Source: a virus
Taxonomy: Duplodnaviria; Caudoviricetes
Direction: 5' to 3' (one strand)
IMG/VR virus record: IMGVR_UViG_3300031416_000352
Coordinates: 6,245 to 70,244 of that record
DNA length: 64,000 bases
Shown: in pieces, positions 45,401-53,858 of the stretch
How positions within the stretch are numbered: position 1 is the stretch's first letter
How the letters are laid out: each line of letters opens with the position of its first letter
Translations under genes and position numbers: made by a program
Notes under the pieces: model-generated
Told to the model about the DNA's origin: nothing
Database searches by the model: none
The model's input: only the letters and a program-made list of their open reading frames with translations

Positions 45401-48400
45401 TGCGGCCCACGAAGCAGCCACCAGCCAGCAAAACGACTTGCCCGCGCCCACTGAGGCACAGCTGGACGCAGGTAACTATCGCAAAGGTCATGTCCGCATC
45501 AACGGCCTCGACATCAGCATCGAGAACCCCGCAGGCAGCAAGCGCCGCCCCGAGTGGCCCGCGCTGAAAAACCACTACGGCTACCTCAAGGGCACCGTGG
45601 GCGCGGACAAGGATCATGTGGACGTGTTCCTGACCGACCGGGCCAGCGACTCCAGCCTGCCGGTGTTCGTGGTCGACCAGGTGAACCGCGACGGCACCTT
45701 TGACGAGCACAAGGTGGTGCTGGGCGCGGCCAATGAGGCTGATGCGCGCCAAGCCTACCTGGACAACTATGCCAAGGGCTGGACGGGGCTGGGAGCCATC
45801 ACCGAGATGACCCAAGACGAGTTCAAGGCCTGGGCCCGCGATCCTTCCAAGACCAAAGTGCCAGCCGGTAAACCGGGAGGAAGATCTGCTGATTCAAATT
45901 CCGAACAGAACGCCTCAAAGATCACCAGTGAGTTCCCACTTAAAGAGGCCGCAAGCAGTTACTCTGGCATCTCGCATAGTGGCACCAGCCGTGCAAAAGC
46001 CGATGCAGCCGAATTTGATGCGTACCTGGATAAGGCGCGCAAGGAAGGCGAAGCTGTAGCAAGATCCGAAGCCCAGAAGGCAGCCGTGGACGCGGCCGTC
46101 GATGCTCTAAGAGCCGACTATCTTGCGCAATACCGCCGGCTTATGGGCGTGCGTGCAGACACCTACAGCGGTTTCGTGGCCGGGCGCTCCGGCCTCAATA
46201 GCAAGCAGGCAGACAAACGCAACAGTGCATATGACCGCGCCATTGATACCTTTGTAGGTTGGCAGAAGGCGAACCAAGACCGGGCGCGTCAATCTGCGCT
46301 GGATGCGCGCACCGAAGCGGAAAAGACCGCAGACAGGCAGGCTGCAAAACAGGCCCTTGCCGACAAGGCGAAGCGCAAAGAGGACGGCAACCTCGGTCTG
46401 ATGCGCAAGATACTGTCCTGGAACAAGGATGGCGATCCTGTGGCCGTTAGCAAGACGGCCAACTTGGCAGGCGTGAATCTGGGACGAGACGGTTATCCCA
46501 GCAGCATCAAGCTGGTACCCACAGATGGAACGACGCTTACCGATAACAAGTTTGACTTAGCAGCGCTGTTTCGCACCAAAGGAATGACTGTTCCGGACTC
46601 CAAGAAGCGAGTGCGTGATTTGGTGGATGCTGTTCGCGCAGAAGACGCGAATACACCGGAGGTCGACTCATCGACCAAGCTGGACCAAACAAGTACGGCC
46701 GCCTTCAAGCGCTGGTTCGGCGACAGCAAGGTGGTGGACGCCGATGGCAAGCCGCTGGTGATGTACCACGGCACCAGCGGAAGCCAGAATGGGGAGGCCT
46801 TCACCTCGTTCGATGTCTACGCATCCAACTATGGCCTCATGGGCATGGGTGGCTATTTCACTGCTGACCCGGCGGTGGCTAGTAGCTACACGGCGAAAGG
46901 GAAGGGCGACACGCCGTCTGTGTATCCCGTGTACCTGTCCATCAAGAAGCCTTTGGACATGGATGCTCCAGCGGATGTGGCCGCCTGGAAAAAGCAGTTT
47001 CCCGATGCGGAAAGCTACCACGAGAGCGGCACCTCAAACGAATCTTGGTACAGAGCTGCAGAAGAATCTGTCCAGGAGAAGGGCCTGCCTCGTTGGGAGG
47101 GTGCAGAGGTGATGCAGGACAGCCTGCGCGCCATGGGCTTTGACGGTATCACCCATATTGGCGGCGGGCGGGTGAAGACGGACGGTGTCCAGCACCGTGT
47201 GTTCATCGCGTTTGAGCCGGAGCAGATCAAGAGCGCCACCGGCAACAGCGGCGCATTCGACGCGGCCGATCCCAATATCACGGCCTTCGGCACGCGCGAA
47301 GCCCGCGCCGGCACGCCCACCGACCGCGCACTGATGGACATGGTTCGGGAGGGCAAGCCAGCCCAGGACCTGCTGCAGTTGATCTCTGGCACCTCGAAAA
47401 GCCGGTTCAACAAGCAAGTAGCGCGCCTGCTGATGAAGGCCAAGGTGTCGCCCACCGTTGCGCTGGAGGCCGGCGCGCTGGGTGGGGATGGCAATTTCAC
47501 CTTCCTGGCCCGGTACCGCCGCAGCACTGACACCATCGGGCTGACTGCTGGTGCTCAGGCCCAGGCCGAGCAGATTCTGCTGCACGAGATGATTCATGCG
47601 GCTACGCTGAAAGCGCTCGACCGCAAGGGCGTGGCTTCCGTGCAGATGCGCAAGCTCTATGAGCACGTCAAGAAGCAGGGCGGCGCCAATGGCACCTACG
47701 GCATGAAGAACGTGGGCGAGTTTGTGGCAGAAGCGTTCACCAATCCCGAGTTCCAGCGCCAGCTCAAACAGATGAGCGCGCCGCAGGGCAATGTGCTCAA
47801 GAGCGCCTGGGACTCTCTGGTGCGCATCCTGCACACCATCTTGGGCCTGCCGGTGGACTCCACCAACGCGCTGTCGCAGGCGCTGACCCTGGGGGTTGAG
47901 GTGATGCGCGAGAACGTGGCGCTGCGCCGCCGCCAGGAAGGCTCAGTTGCGGCCAAAAAGCCCGAAGTACGCTACCGCACCGAGAACACAGGCCAATCCA
48001 ACCAGGCCGAGGGCAAGCCGTTTACGGTTGCGCAGGCCGAGGCGATTGTTCAGGGATTGCGTAAAGGCGCCCCGTTCCTCAAGGGTGTCCAGGTCGTTGC
48101 CGACCCCTCCCAAGTCCCCGAGATCGCGCGCGACTGGGACCCGAGCATCCAGGCCATTCCAAAGGGTGCCACGCTTAGCACCGGCGAAGTCTATATCTTT
48201 GCCGGCGGTCATTCCTCCAAGCTCGACCTCATCCAAACCGTTTTTCATGAGCTATTCCATTCTGGCGTGCTCCGCCTGGGTGACGGGAACGTGCATTACA
48301 ACACGATGGTTCAGATGGCGAAATCTGACCCGCGCGTGGAGCACGGGGCCAGGGCTTGGCGAGAAACCGAGGTGGGCCGAGCTCAGATGGACGCAATCCG

Positions 48401-51400
48401 AGAAGCAAACCCAGGCAGAAGCGACAACTGGGTCAAGCAGCTGCATTATGCGGTGTCGGTTGAGGAATCGCTGGCGGAAATCTCGGAAGACCTGACCCGT
48501 AATCGAATGGTGGGCACAAAGCGCACTGTGCTGGTTCGCCGCTTGTCTGCGGCGCTGTCCCGCATTGCAGACTCCCTTGGCTTCCATGGGCTGGCCGCGC
48601 ATATTCGCTCTCTGAACCTGACCCAGACCGAGCGCTTTGTGCTCAACACCATCAGCATGGCCTCGCCTGGGAACACAACCCCGTTCAATGGCCCTGCAAA
48701 TGGTCCTGCTGTTCGGTACCGCGCAACCGCCACAGTCAAAAATGACGGCCTGGGGGCTGCAGCGACCGCCATCAAGGATGGCGCAATGGCCTATGTGCAC
48801 GACGCCATGAACCAGGCGCCGGGCACCGTGCACTGGTGGCACAAGACCGTGGGCACCATGAACAACCTGGCCGAGCGCAACCCTGCTTTCAAACCGGTGT
48901 TTGAAGCCGCCCAGCAGTTTACCGACGACGTTTCGAGCTTGGCGAACGACGTGGCCAACCAGGCCCCGCGCCTGATTCCGCGACTGGAAAGCCTGGGTGA
49001 CCTCAAATTCTGGGGCAAGGATGCCCGCAAGCCCATCAGCGGCGAGGACAACACCGCAATCGCCAAGCCGCTTTTCGAGGGCACGCTGATGTGGACCCGT
49101 GACATCCACGGCAAGCCCATCACCGTGGATGCGTTGGAAAAGGAGACGGACACCTGGGACACCAGCACCAAGGAGCACTACCTGATCGCCACCAAGGAGC
49201 TGACCGCCCCCCAGGCGCGGGCCTGGCAGGGGCTGCCGCTGGCCCAGTATGAAAAGCTGGTGACCGACGCATTCAAGAACAAGGTGCTCAAACCCGGCAT
49301 TCGCTGGACGGACGCCGAGCTGCGCAGCATGTTCAAGCTGAGCGACGGCCAGCTGAGCCTGTTCAAGGAGGCGCGCTCCACCATCGACGCCAGCATCGAC
49401 ACGACGGCGCGGGCCGACATGATGCGCATGATCGGCGAGGAATACCGCGACATGCGCGAAGCGGTGATGGAGGCTCCAACGCTGGATGACGCGCTCACCC
49501 TGGTGACCCGCACCTTGCAGGATGAAGCCAAAGCCAACCCAGATAGCAGCGAACGCCTCATGGCGCTGCACAACTCGGTGGTGGCCGGTGCGACTAAGGC
49601 ACGCGATCTGATCGCCAAGGGGTATGCGCCTCTGTCCCGCTTTGGCAGCCACACCGTGGATGTGCTGGACGCAAAGGGCGAGCGGCTGTATTTCGGGCTC
49701 TTCGAGACTGCCCGGGAGGCAGACGCCATGCAGGCCAACATGGCCGAGGTCTATAAGGGTGAGCCCGGCGTTCAGATTGGGCGCGGCACTTTGTCCAAGG
49801 AGGAATACAAGCTGTTTGCTGGTGTGACCCCTGAAAGCCTGGAGGCCTTCGGCACCATGCTGGGCCTGGACACGGAAGGCAACGAAGCCAAGGACGCGGC
49901 ATTCCAGGAATACATCCGCCGCACCAAAAACAACCATTCGGCCCTCAAACGCCTGATCCACCGCAAGGGCATCGCCGGTTACAGCCAGGACGTGGGCCGC
50001 GTGCTGGCGTCCTTCGTCTACAGCAATGCACGCCAGGGTGCTGGCGCATTGAACGCGGGCATCATGGAGAAGGCGATCCAGGAGATCCCCAAGCAGCAGG
50101 GCCAGCTGCGGGACGTGGCCATGGGCTTGCGCTCCTATATCCAGGACCCCCAGGAGGAAGGCCAGGCCGTGCGCGGCTTCCTGTTTGCCCAGTACCTGGG
50201 GGGCTCCGTGGCCTCGGCCGTGGTCAACATGCTGCAGCCGGTGCAAATCACCTTCCCATGGCTCAGCCAGTACGGTGGGGTCAAGCAGGCTGGCGCGCAG
50301 CTCACCCGGGCATTCAAGGACATGGCCACGGTGGGCAAGACCTACGAGCCGGACTTGGCGAAAGCCTTGAAGCGGGCAGAGGACGAGGGCACGGTCAGCC
50401 CGCAGGAAATCCACCAGCTGATGGCGCAGGCCCGGGGCGAGGCCAGCCTGCGCGCTGGCGACGGCACCGCGCTGGGTAACGCTCGGGCAACTGCCAGCAA
50501 CGCCTGGCGCCGCACGGTGGTGGCCTGGGGGCAGCCGTTCGCCTGGGCCGAGCAGCTCAACCGCCGCTCTACCTTCATTGCGGCCTACCGGATCGCCGTG
50601 GCCGAGAAGATGGCCGACCCCGACGCTTTTGCGGCCAAAGCCGTAAAAGAAACACAATTTCAATATAGTAAGTCAAATAAAATGCGCTGGGGCCGAGGCG
50701 CCATCGGCGGAACGCTGATGACTTTCAAGTCCTACTCGGTGAGCTACCTGGAGCTGATGGGCCGTATGTGGAACGCCGGTACGCCCGGCTCGCAGCAGCG
50801 CGCGGAGTCCCGCAAGGCACTGGTGCTGATGGTGGCCATGCTGGCGCTGATGGGCGGCGCCGGTGGCCTGCCGTTCGTCGAGGACGTCGAGGATCTGGTC
50901 AACGGCCTCATGAACAAGATGGGCTACAACTGGGACAGCAAGCAAGCGCGCAAGCAGTTTCTGCAGCAGGTGATCGGCCAGGCTGGCGCCGAGTTCATCA
51001 ACAGCGGTATCTCGGGCCTGCCAGGCATGCCCATCGACGTGGCCGGCCGCCTGGGTATGGGTAACCTGATTCCTGGTACCGGCTTGGTCGGTCCACAGAC
51101 TGACAAGAGCCGAGATCTGCTGGAGCTTGTGGGGCCAGCTGGTGATTTTGCGAAACGCATCTTCAATGCCGCTGGCATGGCCCTGGGCGGTTCCGTCGGT
51201 AGCGCAGCTCTGGAGGCGTCTCCCGGCGCTGTGCGTAATGCGGTCAAGGGTGTCGATATGGCCACCAGCGGCATGTACAAGGACGGCCGGGGCTACAAGG
51301 TCATCGACACGAACCTGGGTGAGGCGCTGTCCAAGTTCATCGGTTTCCAGCCCCGTGCGGTGGCCGATGTGCAGGAGGCCAATGGCGCGATGCAGAAAAG

Positions 51401-51680
51401 CCGCGCCTTCTACACCCAGCAGAGCGCCGACATCAAGGCGCAGTGGGCGGACGCGCTTTTCCGCAAGGACGAGGCAGCGCTGGAGAGCGTGCGCGAGCGT
51501 CTGGCCAGCTGGAATCGAAAGAACCCTGACATGCCTATCGTGGTGCAGATGCCCCAGATCTGGAAGAAGGTCCGTGAAATGGGCAAGGATAAGCAGCAGC
51601 GGATCGCCGACACCGCGCCAAAGGCCCTGCGTCAGCAGATGCGGGAAATGGCGCGGGAAGCAGGGGGCGCCCCGGTATAG
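42495..51680 (+). CDS. 3061-aa polyvalent internal virion protein (InPase, ART-PolyVal, two zincin-like peptidase motifs, PLxRFG)
   Basis: GNYRKGHV...IENP.GS.R...HYGY...GADKDHVDVF; FKRWFGDSKVVDADGKPLVMYHGT...GFDGI...EQIKSATGN; LLHEMIH and FHELFH; GYAPLSRFG. Confidence 0.88.
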   Translation: MANESLKPFAGELDTTQSIKAKGLQPFKGVLDGDEEKRSTGEAFKDVGLGLAQGAAGLVKSAGDAYGLVTGDMDNTVSKTAGGWQESLDKEKSAGFQARAARRKENIDAQDSTLGKAWTAVKDTVTDPALALDTVATNVSTLIPGALAGRAVAAARMAQAARVGLTGEAAAAAATQAGKAGTAAALGTGAAQQATDVSAQAYEDNTKKDEAIWDANPEFQAALAANGGDRAKAKHDLSLDAARAAFLPAAGISLAANAVPGGAMLEKALVGGAAREVAKEGAKLAVPKAIAKTALGEATGEAIEEGGGQYAANVAAQQYIDPNQDLMNGVGENAGLGAAGGLLMGAAGGAFHGHRPAPGSQQEQQNALDAANQAAADALEGSPSALEAQQWSTAPGAAPDGAPDQTQAASPLYDPRIDGMSTSPGAAQAQGNEVEFTRDFDTAGLALAPDAPAGAPAAPGPDAAADLAQVLDQRTPAQRMGLDENAGTMSAAAVLAVNSGAAGQLQAASAAAAAQQQDAKAQEPAAKTTSAAPASAVDADGHSFDDARMPELAPEEFTARQRKLNQELSVAMNNNDRPALSRIGDAKRELFNGSRSTADLMADYNAAEGSREATAKHEQRGIRDELGKRGLVVERQVQNDSGEVRFTAKPITQNTQQAPEPGVYATYEDARKARGEQNARGTSVKVIPSPVEGGFILAAKGTPEYVVGEKYAEQRRKQDSAANRQKMAESNAKYKAAADLAKQLKAEREGAQSAQAAAASTINRVQTTGETANGIEADQAQQAGPQRIAPTGDGGSIATENAGPGARAPRIVAKGRAAAGPVDGAGSGQPAQGLTDGSTTTANPGAKASPAPSPQAQAQEPAQQRAQQLDDAGAAWARMPAAERQGVAARLDGVKPVIAKNLPKSQWKNLNGDLQRKIADAIAPAPVSSNAPMQAPEPAGAPAGPVQPDAQASAASEPAPTAESAAVASAAHEAATSQQNDLPAPTEAQLDAGNYRKGHVRINGLDISIENPAGSKRRPEWPALKNHYGYLKGTVGADKDHVDVFLTDRASDSSLPVFVVDQVNRDGTFDEHKVVLGAANEADARQAYLDNYAKGWTGLGAITEMTQDEFKAWARDPSKTKVPAGKPGGRSADSNSEQNASKITSEFPLKEAASSYSGISHSGTSRAKADAAEFDAYLDKARKEGEAVARSEAQKAAVDAAVDALRADYLAQYRRLMGVRADTYSGFVAGRSGLNSKQADKRNSAYDRAIDTFVGWQKANQDRARQSALDARTEAEKTADRQAAKQALADKAKRKEDGNLGLMRKILSWNKDGDPVAVSKTANLAGVNLGRDGYPSSIKLVPTDGTTLTDNKFDLAALFRTKGMTVPDSKKRVRDLVDAVRAEDANTPEVDSSTKLDQTSTAAFKRWFGDSKVVDADGKPLVMYHGTSGSQNGEAFTSFDVYASNYGLMGMGGYFTADPAVASSYTAKGKGDTPSVYPVYLSIKKPLDMDAPADVAAWKKQFPDAESYHESGTSNESWYRAAEESVQEKGLPRWEGAEVMQDSLRAMGFDGITHIGGGRVKTDGVQHRVFIAFEPEQIKSATGNSGAFDAADPNITAFGTREARAGTPTDRALMDMVREGKPAQDLLQLISGTSKSRFNKQVARLLMKAKVSPTVALEAGALGGDGNFTFLARYRRSTDTIGLTAGAQAQAEQILLHEMIHAATLKALDRKGVASVQMRKLYEHVKKQGGANGTYGMKNVGEFVAEAFTNPEFQRQLKQMSAPQGNVLKSAWDSLVRILHTILGLPVDSTNALSQALTLGVEVMRENVALRRRQEGSVAAKKPEVRYRTENTGQSNQAEGKPFTVAQAEAIVQGLRKGAPFLKGVQVVADPSQVPEIARDWDPSIQAIPKGATLSTGEVYIFAGGHSSKLDLIQTVFHELFHSGVLRLGDGNVHYNTMVQMAKSDPRVEHGARAWRETEVGRAQMDAIREANPGRSDNWVKQLHYAVSVEESLAEISEDLTRNRMVGTKRTVLVRRLSAALSRIADSLGFHGLAAHIRSLNLTQTERFVLNTISMASPGNTTPFNGPANGPAVRYRATATVKNDGLGAAATAIKDGAMAYVHDAMNQAPGTVHWWHKTVGTMNNLAERNPAFKPVFEAAQQFTDDVSSLANDVANQAPRLIPRLESLGDLKFWGKDARKPISGEDNTAIAKPLFEGTLMWTRDIHGKPITVDALEKETDTWDTSTKEHYLIATKELTAPQARAWQGLPLAQYEKLVTDAFKNKVLKPGIRWTDAELRSMFKLSDGQLSLFKEARSTIDASIDTTARADMMRMIGEEYRDMREAVMEAPTLDDALTLVTRTLQDEAKANPDSSERLMALHNSVVAGATKARDLIAKGYAPLSRFGSHTVDVLDAKGERLYFGLFETAREADAMQANMAEVYKGEPGVQIGRGTLSKEEYKLFAGVTPESLEAFGTMLGLDTEGNEAKDAAFQEYIRRTKNNHSALKRLIHRKGIAGYSQDVGRVLASFVYSNARQGAGALNAGIMEKAIQEIPKQQGQLRDVAMGLRSYIQDPQEEGQAVRGFLFAQYLGGSVASAVVNMLQPVQITFPWLSQYGGVKQAGAQLTRAFKDMATVGKTYEPDLAKALKRAEDEGTVSPQEIHQLMAQARGEASLRAGDGTALGNARATASNAWRRTVVAWGQPFAWAEQLNRRSTFIAAYRIAVAEKMADPDAFAAKAVKETQFQYSKSNKMRWGRGAIGGTLMTFKSYSVSYLELMGRMWNAGTPGSQQRAESRKALVLMVAMLALMGGAGGLPFVEDVEDLVNGLMNKMGYNWDSKQARKQFLQQVIGQAGAEFINSGISGLPGMPIDVAGRLGMGNLIPGTGLVGPQTDKSRDLLELVGPAGDFAKRIFNAAGMALGGSVGSAALEASPGAVRNAVKGVDMATSGMYKDGRGYKVIDTNLGEALSKFIGFQPRAVADVQEANGAMQKSRAFYTQQSADIKAQWADALFRKDEAALESVRERLASWNRKNPDMPIVVQMPQIWKKVREMGKDKQQRIADTAPKALRQQMREMAREAGGAPV

Positions 51681-51718
51681 GGTTCGACGGCAGAGGGCTG
51701 GCCCGAGAACATCGGGCC
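51676..51718 (+). promoter_or_regulatory. Late promoter 8 (lysis), predicted leaderless; box overlaps the stop codon of the giant gene
   Basis: TATAGGGTT (51676-51684), 22 nt, GAACAT (51707-51712), 6 nt, ATG; no SD. Confidence 0.78.
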
Positions 51719-52015
51719 ATGAAAAAAGCTCTCGCCGTCTTCCTTGCCGCCATAGGGGTTAACCGTCACCTCAGTGCGGAGCAGCGCCAGGACGTTGCCA
51801 ATGCGGCCTTCCACGTCACACCTGGGGCGGCGGCGACTGGCGTTTCCAAGGTCTGGGGCCTGCCGCTGAGCGAATGGGTGATGGTGGCCTCGATCCTGCT
51901 TATTGCCCTGCAGGCCGTCTATCTAATCTGGAAGTGGCGCCGCGACTACCGGCGTGACCTTGCGCGCCGCGCCCTGGGCAAGCTGGCCGAAGAAACTGTG
52001 CGGGGTGACCTGTGA
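51719..52015 (+). CDS. Holin
   Basis: GLPLSEWVMVASILLIALQAVYLIWKWRR TM segment with basic C-terminus; precedes the endolysin. Confidence 0.75.
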   Translation: MKKALAVFLAAIGVNRHLSAEQRQDVANAAFHVTPGAAATGVSKVWGLPLSEWVMVASILLIALQAVYLIWKWRRDYRRDLARRALGKLAEETVRGDL

Positions 52016-52629
52016 GCAGCCGGGCCAAAGTCTGGGGAAGCCTGACAGCGCTTATCACCGCAGTGGTGGTGGGCGTGCTGGGCACTGAAGGCGGCCACGT
52101 CAATGACCCCAACGACGCAGGCGGCGAGACGAACCACGGCATCACCATAGCAGTGGCGCGCGACCACGGCTACACCGGCCCTATGGCGAGCATGCCGGTG
52201 GAGAAGGCCATCGACATCTACGCCGATTCGTACATCAAGGGGCCGAAGTTTGACCAGGTGCTGGCGCTGTCGCCGGCGGTGGGCACCAAGCTGACCGATA
52301 TCGGGGTGAACGCCGGGCCAGGCCGCGCCGCGCGCTGGCTGCAGCAGTCCCTCAACGACCTGAGTCGTGGCGGCCGTGACTTCACCATGGTGGCCGTGGA
52401 TGGCGACATTGGTGCCCGCACGCTGGCCGCCTATGCCGCGCTGGAAAAGCGCCGGGGCCGCGTCAAGGCCTGCGAGCTGACGATCAAGCTGCTCGATGGC
52501 TACCAGGCCGCCCACTATTCAGCTCTTGCCAAGAGCGCCTCCAATGCCAGCTTCATGGTGGGTTGGATCGACAACCGCATCGGCAACGTCCCGCTGGACC
52601 GTTGCGCCGAGACGGTGAGGCCAGCATGA
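52012..52629 (+). CDS. Endolysin, glycoside hydrolase family 108 + PG-binding domain, possible SAR N-terminus
   Basis: EGGHVNDPNDAGGETNHGIT catalytic motif; VDGDIGARTL; F..GW...RI. Confidence 0.93.
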   Translation: MSSRAKVWGSLTALITAVVVGVLGTEGGHVNDPNDAGGETNHGITIAVARDHGYTGPMASMPVEKAIDIYADSYIKGPKFDQVLALSPAVGTKLTDIGVNAGPGRAARWLQQSLNDLSRGGRDFTMVAVDGDIGARTLAAYAALEKRRGRVKACELTIKLLDGYQAAHYSALAKSASNASFMVGWIDNRIGNVPLDRCAETVRPA

Positions 52630-53117
52630 ACATCATGGCCTTCATCCAGCGTTGGGCGGTCGTAGCACTGATCGTTGCGGCGCTGATTGCGTGTCTCAAG
52701 ATGAAGCAGCTTGAGACGGAGCTGATGGAAGCGCGCCTGGATGCTGCCAGCAAGCAGCTTGATCTCTCACTGGCGCAGCGTGCGGCTGATGCGCGTGTAG
52801 CCAAGGCCAGCGCCAATGCGGCCGCCAAATTCCAAGGAGCCCTGAATGCATCCCTCAAACGTGAGGCGCTGCAGCGCCTGGAGCTTGATGGTCTGCGCCG
52901 TGTCAATGACGGCCTGCGCGACCAAAACGCCGATGCCGCCCGCCGACTTGCCGCTGCTCCCCCCGCCGCCGTCCTTGAGTACGCCACTGCCCTCGGAGTC
53001 GTATTTGAAGACTGCCGCGCAGCGTATGGCGACTTGGCAGCAAAGGCTGCAGGCCACGCAAGTGATGTCGTCACCGCCCACGACGCCTGGCCCAGCTTCA
53101 CCCCAGTGAAGGAATAG
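52626..53117 (+). CDS. Rz: i-spanin (Rz-like)
   Basis: N-terminal TM helix followed by coiled coil; follows the endolysin. Confidence 0.8.
   Translation: MNIMAFIQRWAVVALIVAALIACLKMKQLETELMEARLDAASKQLDLSLAQRAADARVAKASANAAAKFQGALNASLKREALQRLELDGLRRVNDGLRDQNADAARRLAAAPPAAVLEYATALGVVFEDCRAAYGDLAAKAAGHASDVVTAHDAWPSFTPVKE
52846..53109 (+). CDS. Rz1: o-spanin lipoprotein (Rz1-like), embedded in Rz
   Basis: GGAG RBS; lipobox SMTA-C; Pro-rich; alternative frame inside Rz. Confidence 0.75.
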   Translation: MHPSNVRRCSAWSLMVCAVSMTACATKTPMPPADLPLLPPPPSLSTPLPSESYLKTAAQRMATWQQRLQATQVMSSPPTTPGPASPQ

Positions 53118-53120
53118 GGC

Positions 53121-53405
53121 ATGGCCGCACAACGCCCACTGCCCCTCTACACGTCCCGCAGCACAGTGCGGGCGCTCAAGATCAAAGCCGTCACCTACAG
53201 CCGCGAGCCCTTGGAGGGCGTGCCGCGCGGCGAAGCCCTTATCACGCCAGCCGACGCGCGCTATGCACCCTTCTGGGTCAATGAGCCCTGGGCCATGAAG
53301 AACCGCCCCGAGGCTGGTGGCTACTACGTGGTTCACACGGACGGCCACCAATCGTTTTCACCCGCCAACGCATTTGAGAGCGGCTACAGCCGCTTGGAGG
53401 ATTGA
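53121..53405 (+). CDS. Conserved phage protein (GGYYVV..DG..SFSP...FE.GY domain); candidate anti-defence protein
   Basis: Motif recalled from small phage proteins and N-termini of DUF2829/Tad2-like proteins; not database-checked. Confidence 0.65.
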   Translation: MAAQRPLPLYTSRSTVRALKIKAVTYSREPLEGVPRGEALITPADARYAPFWVNEPWAMKNRPEAGGYYVVHTDGHQSFSPANAFESGYSRLED

Positions 53406-53812
53406 CCATGCCCACTACTACCGCACGCTACTTCGCCCACGCCCACCTGCCGCCAAAGCTGCAGGCCGTGGCTGCGCCCGTGGCCGTCTTGGCCGACAAC
53501 CTTGAGCAGCTGCTGCCCGATGGCCCAGAAAAGAGCGCCGGAATGCGCAAGCTGCTGGAGGCCAAGGATTGCTTTGTCCGCGTGGCCCTGGACATGCCCG
53601 AGCCGCAGGCCAGCACCGTGCCCGCGCATCAACAGCGCGTGCTCGATGAAAAGCAGGATCTGGATACCCGCATTGCCAAGCTGGGCGAGTTCATCAAAAG
53701 CAATCCTCTGTTCACCACCGTGGACCCTGAAGAACAAGCGCGCCTGCGCCGCCAACTGGACGTGATGCACGAGCTGGCCGCGATCCTGGCTGATCGCATC
53801 GACCATTTCTAA
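53402..53812 (+). CDS. Two-domain protein: helical hairpin (possibly Acb2/Tad1-like) + crAss001_48-like domain
   Basis: YFAHAHLPPKLQ...LPDGPEKSAGMRKLLEAKDCFVR and HQQRVLDEKQDLDTRIAKLGEFI...LRRQLDVM...ILADRI. Confidence 0.7.
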   Translation: MTMPTTTARYFAHAHLPPKLQAVAAPVAVLADNLEQLLPDGPEKSAGMRKLLEAKDCFVRVALDMPEPQASTVPAHQQRVLDEKQDLDTRIAKLGEFIKSNPLFTTVDPEEQARLRRQLDVMHELAAILADRIDHF

Positions 53813-53858
53813 GCCACCCGGCCCGCACCGGCCGGCAGCCGGAGTTTTTGGAGAAACG

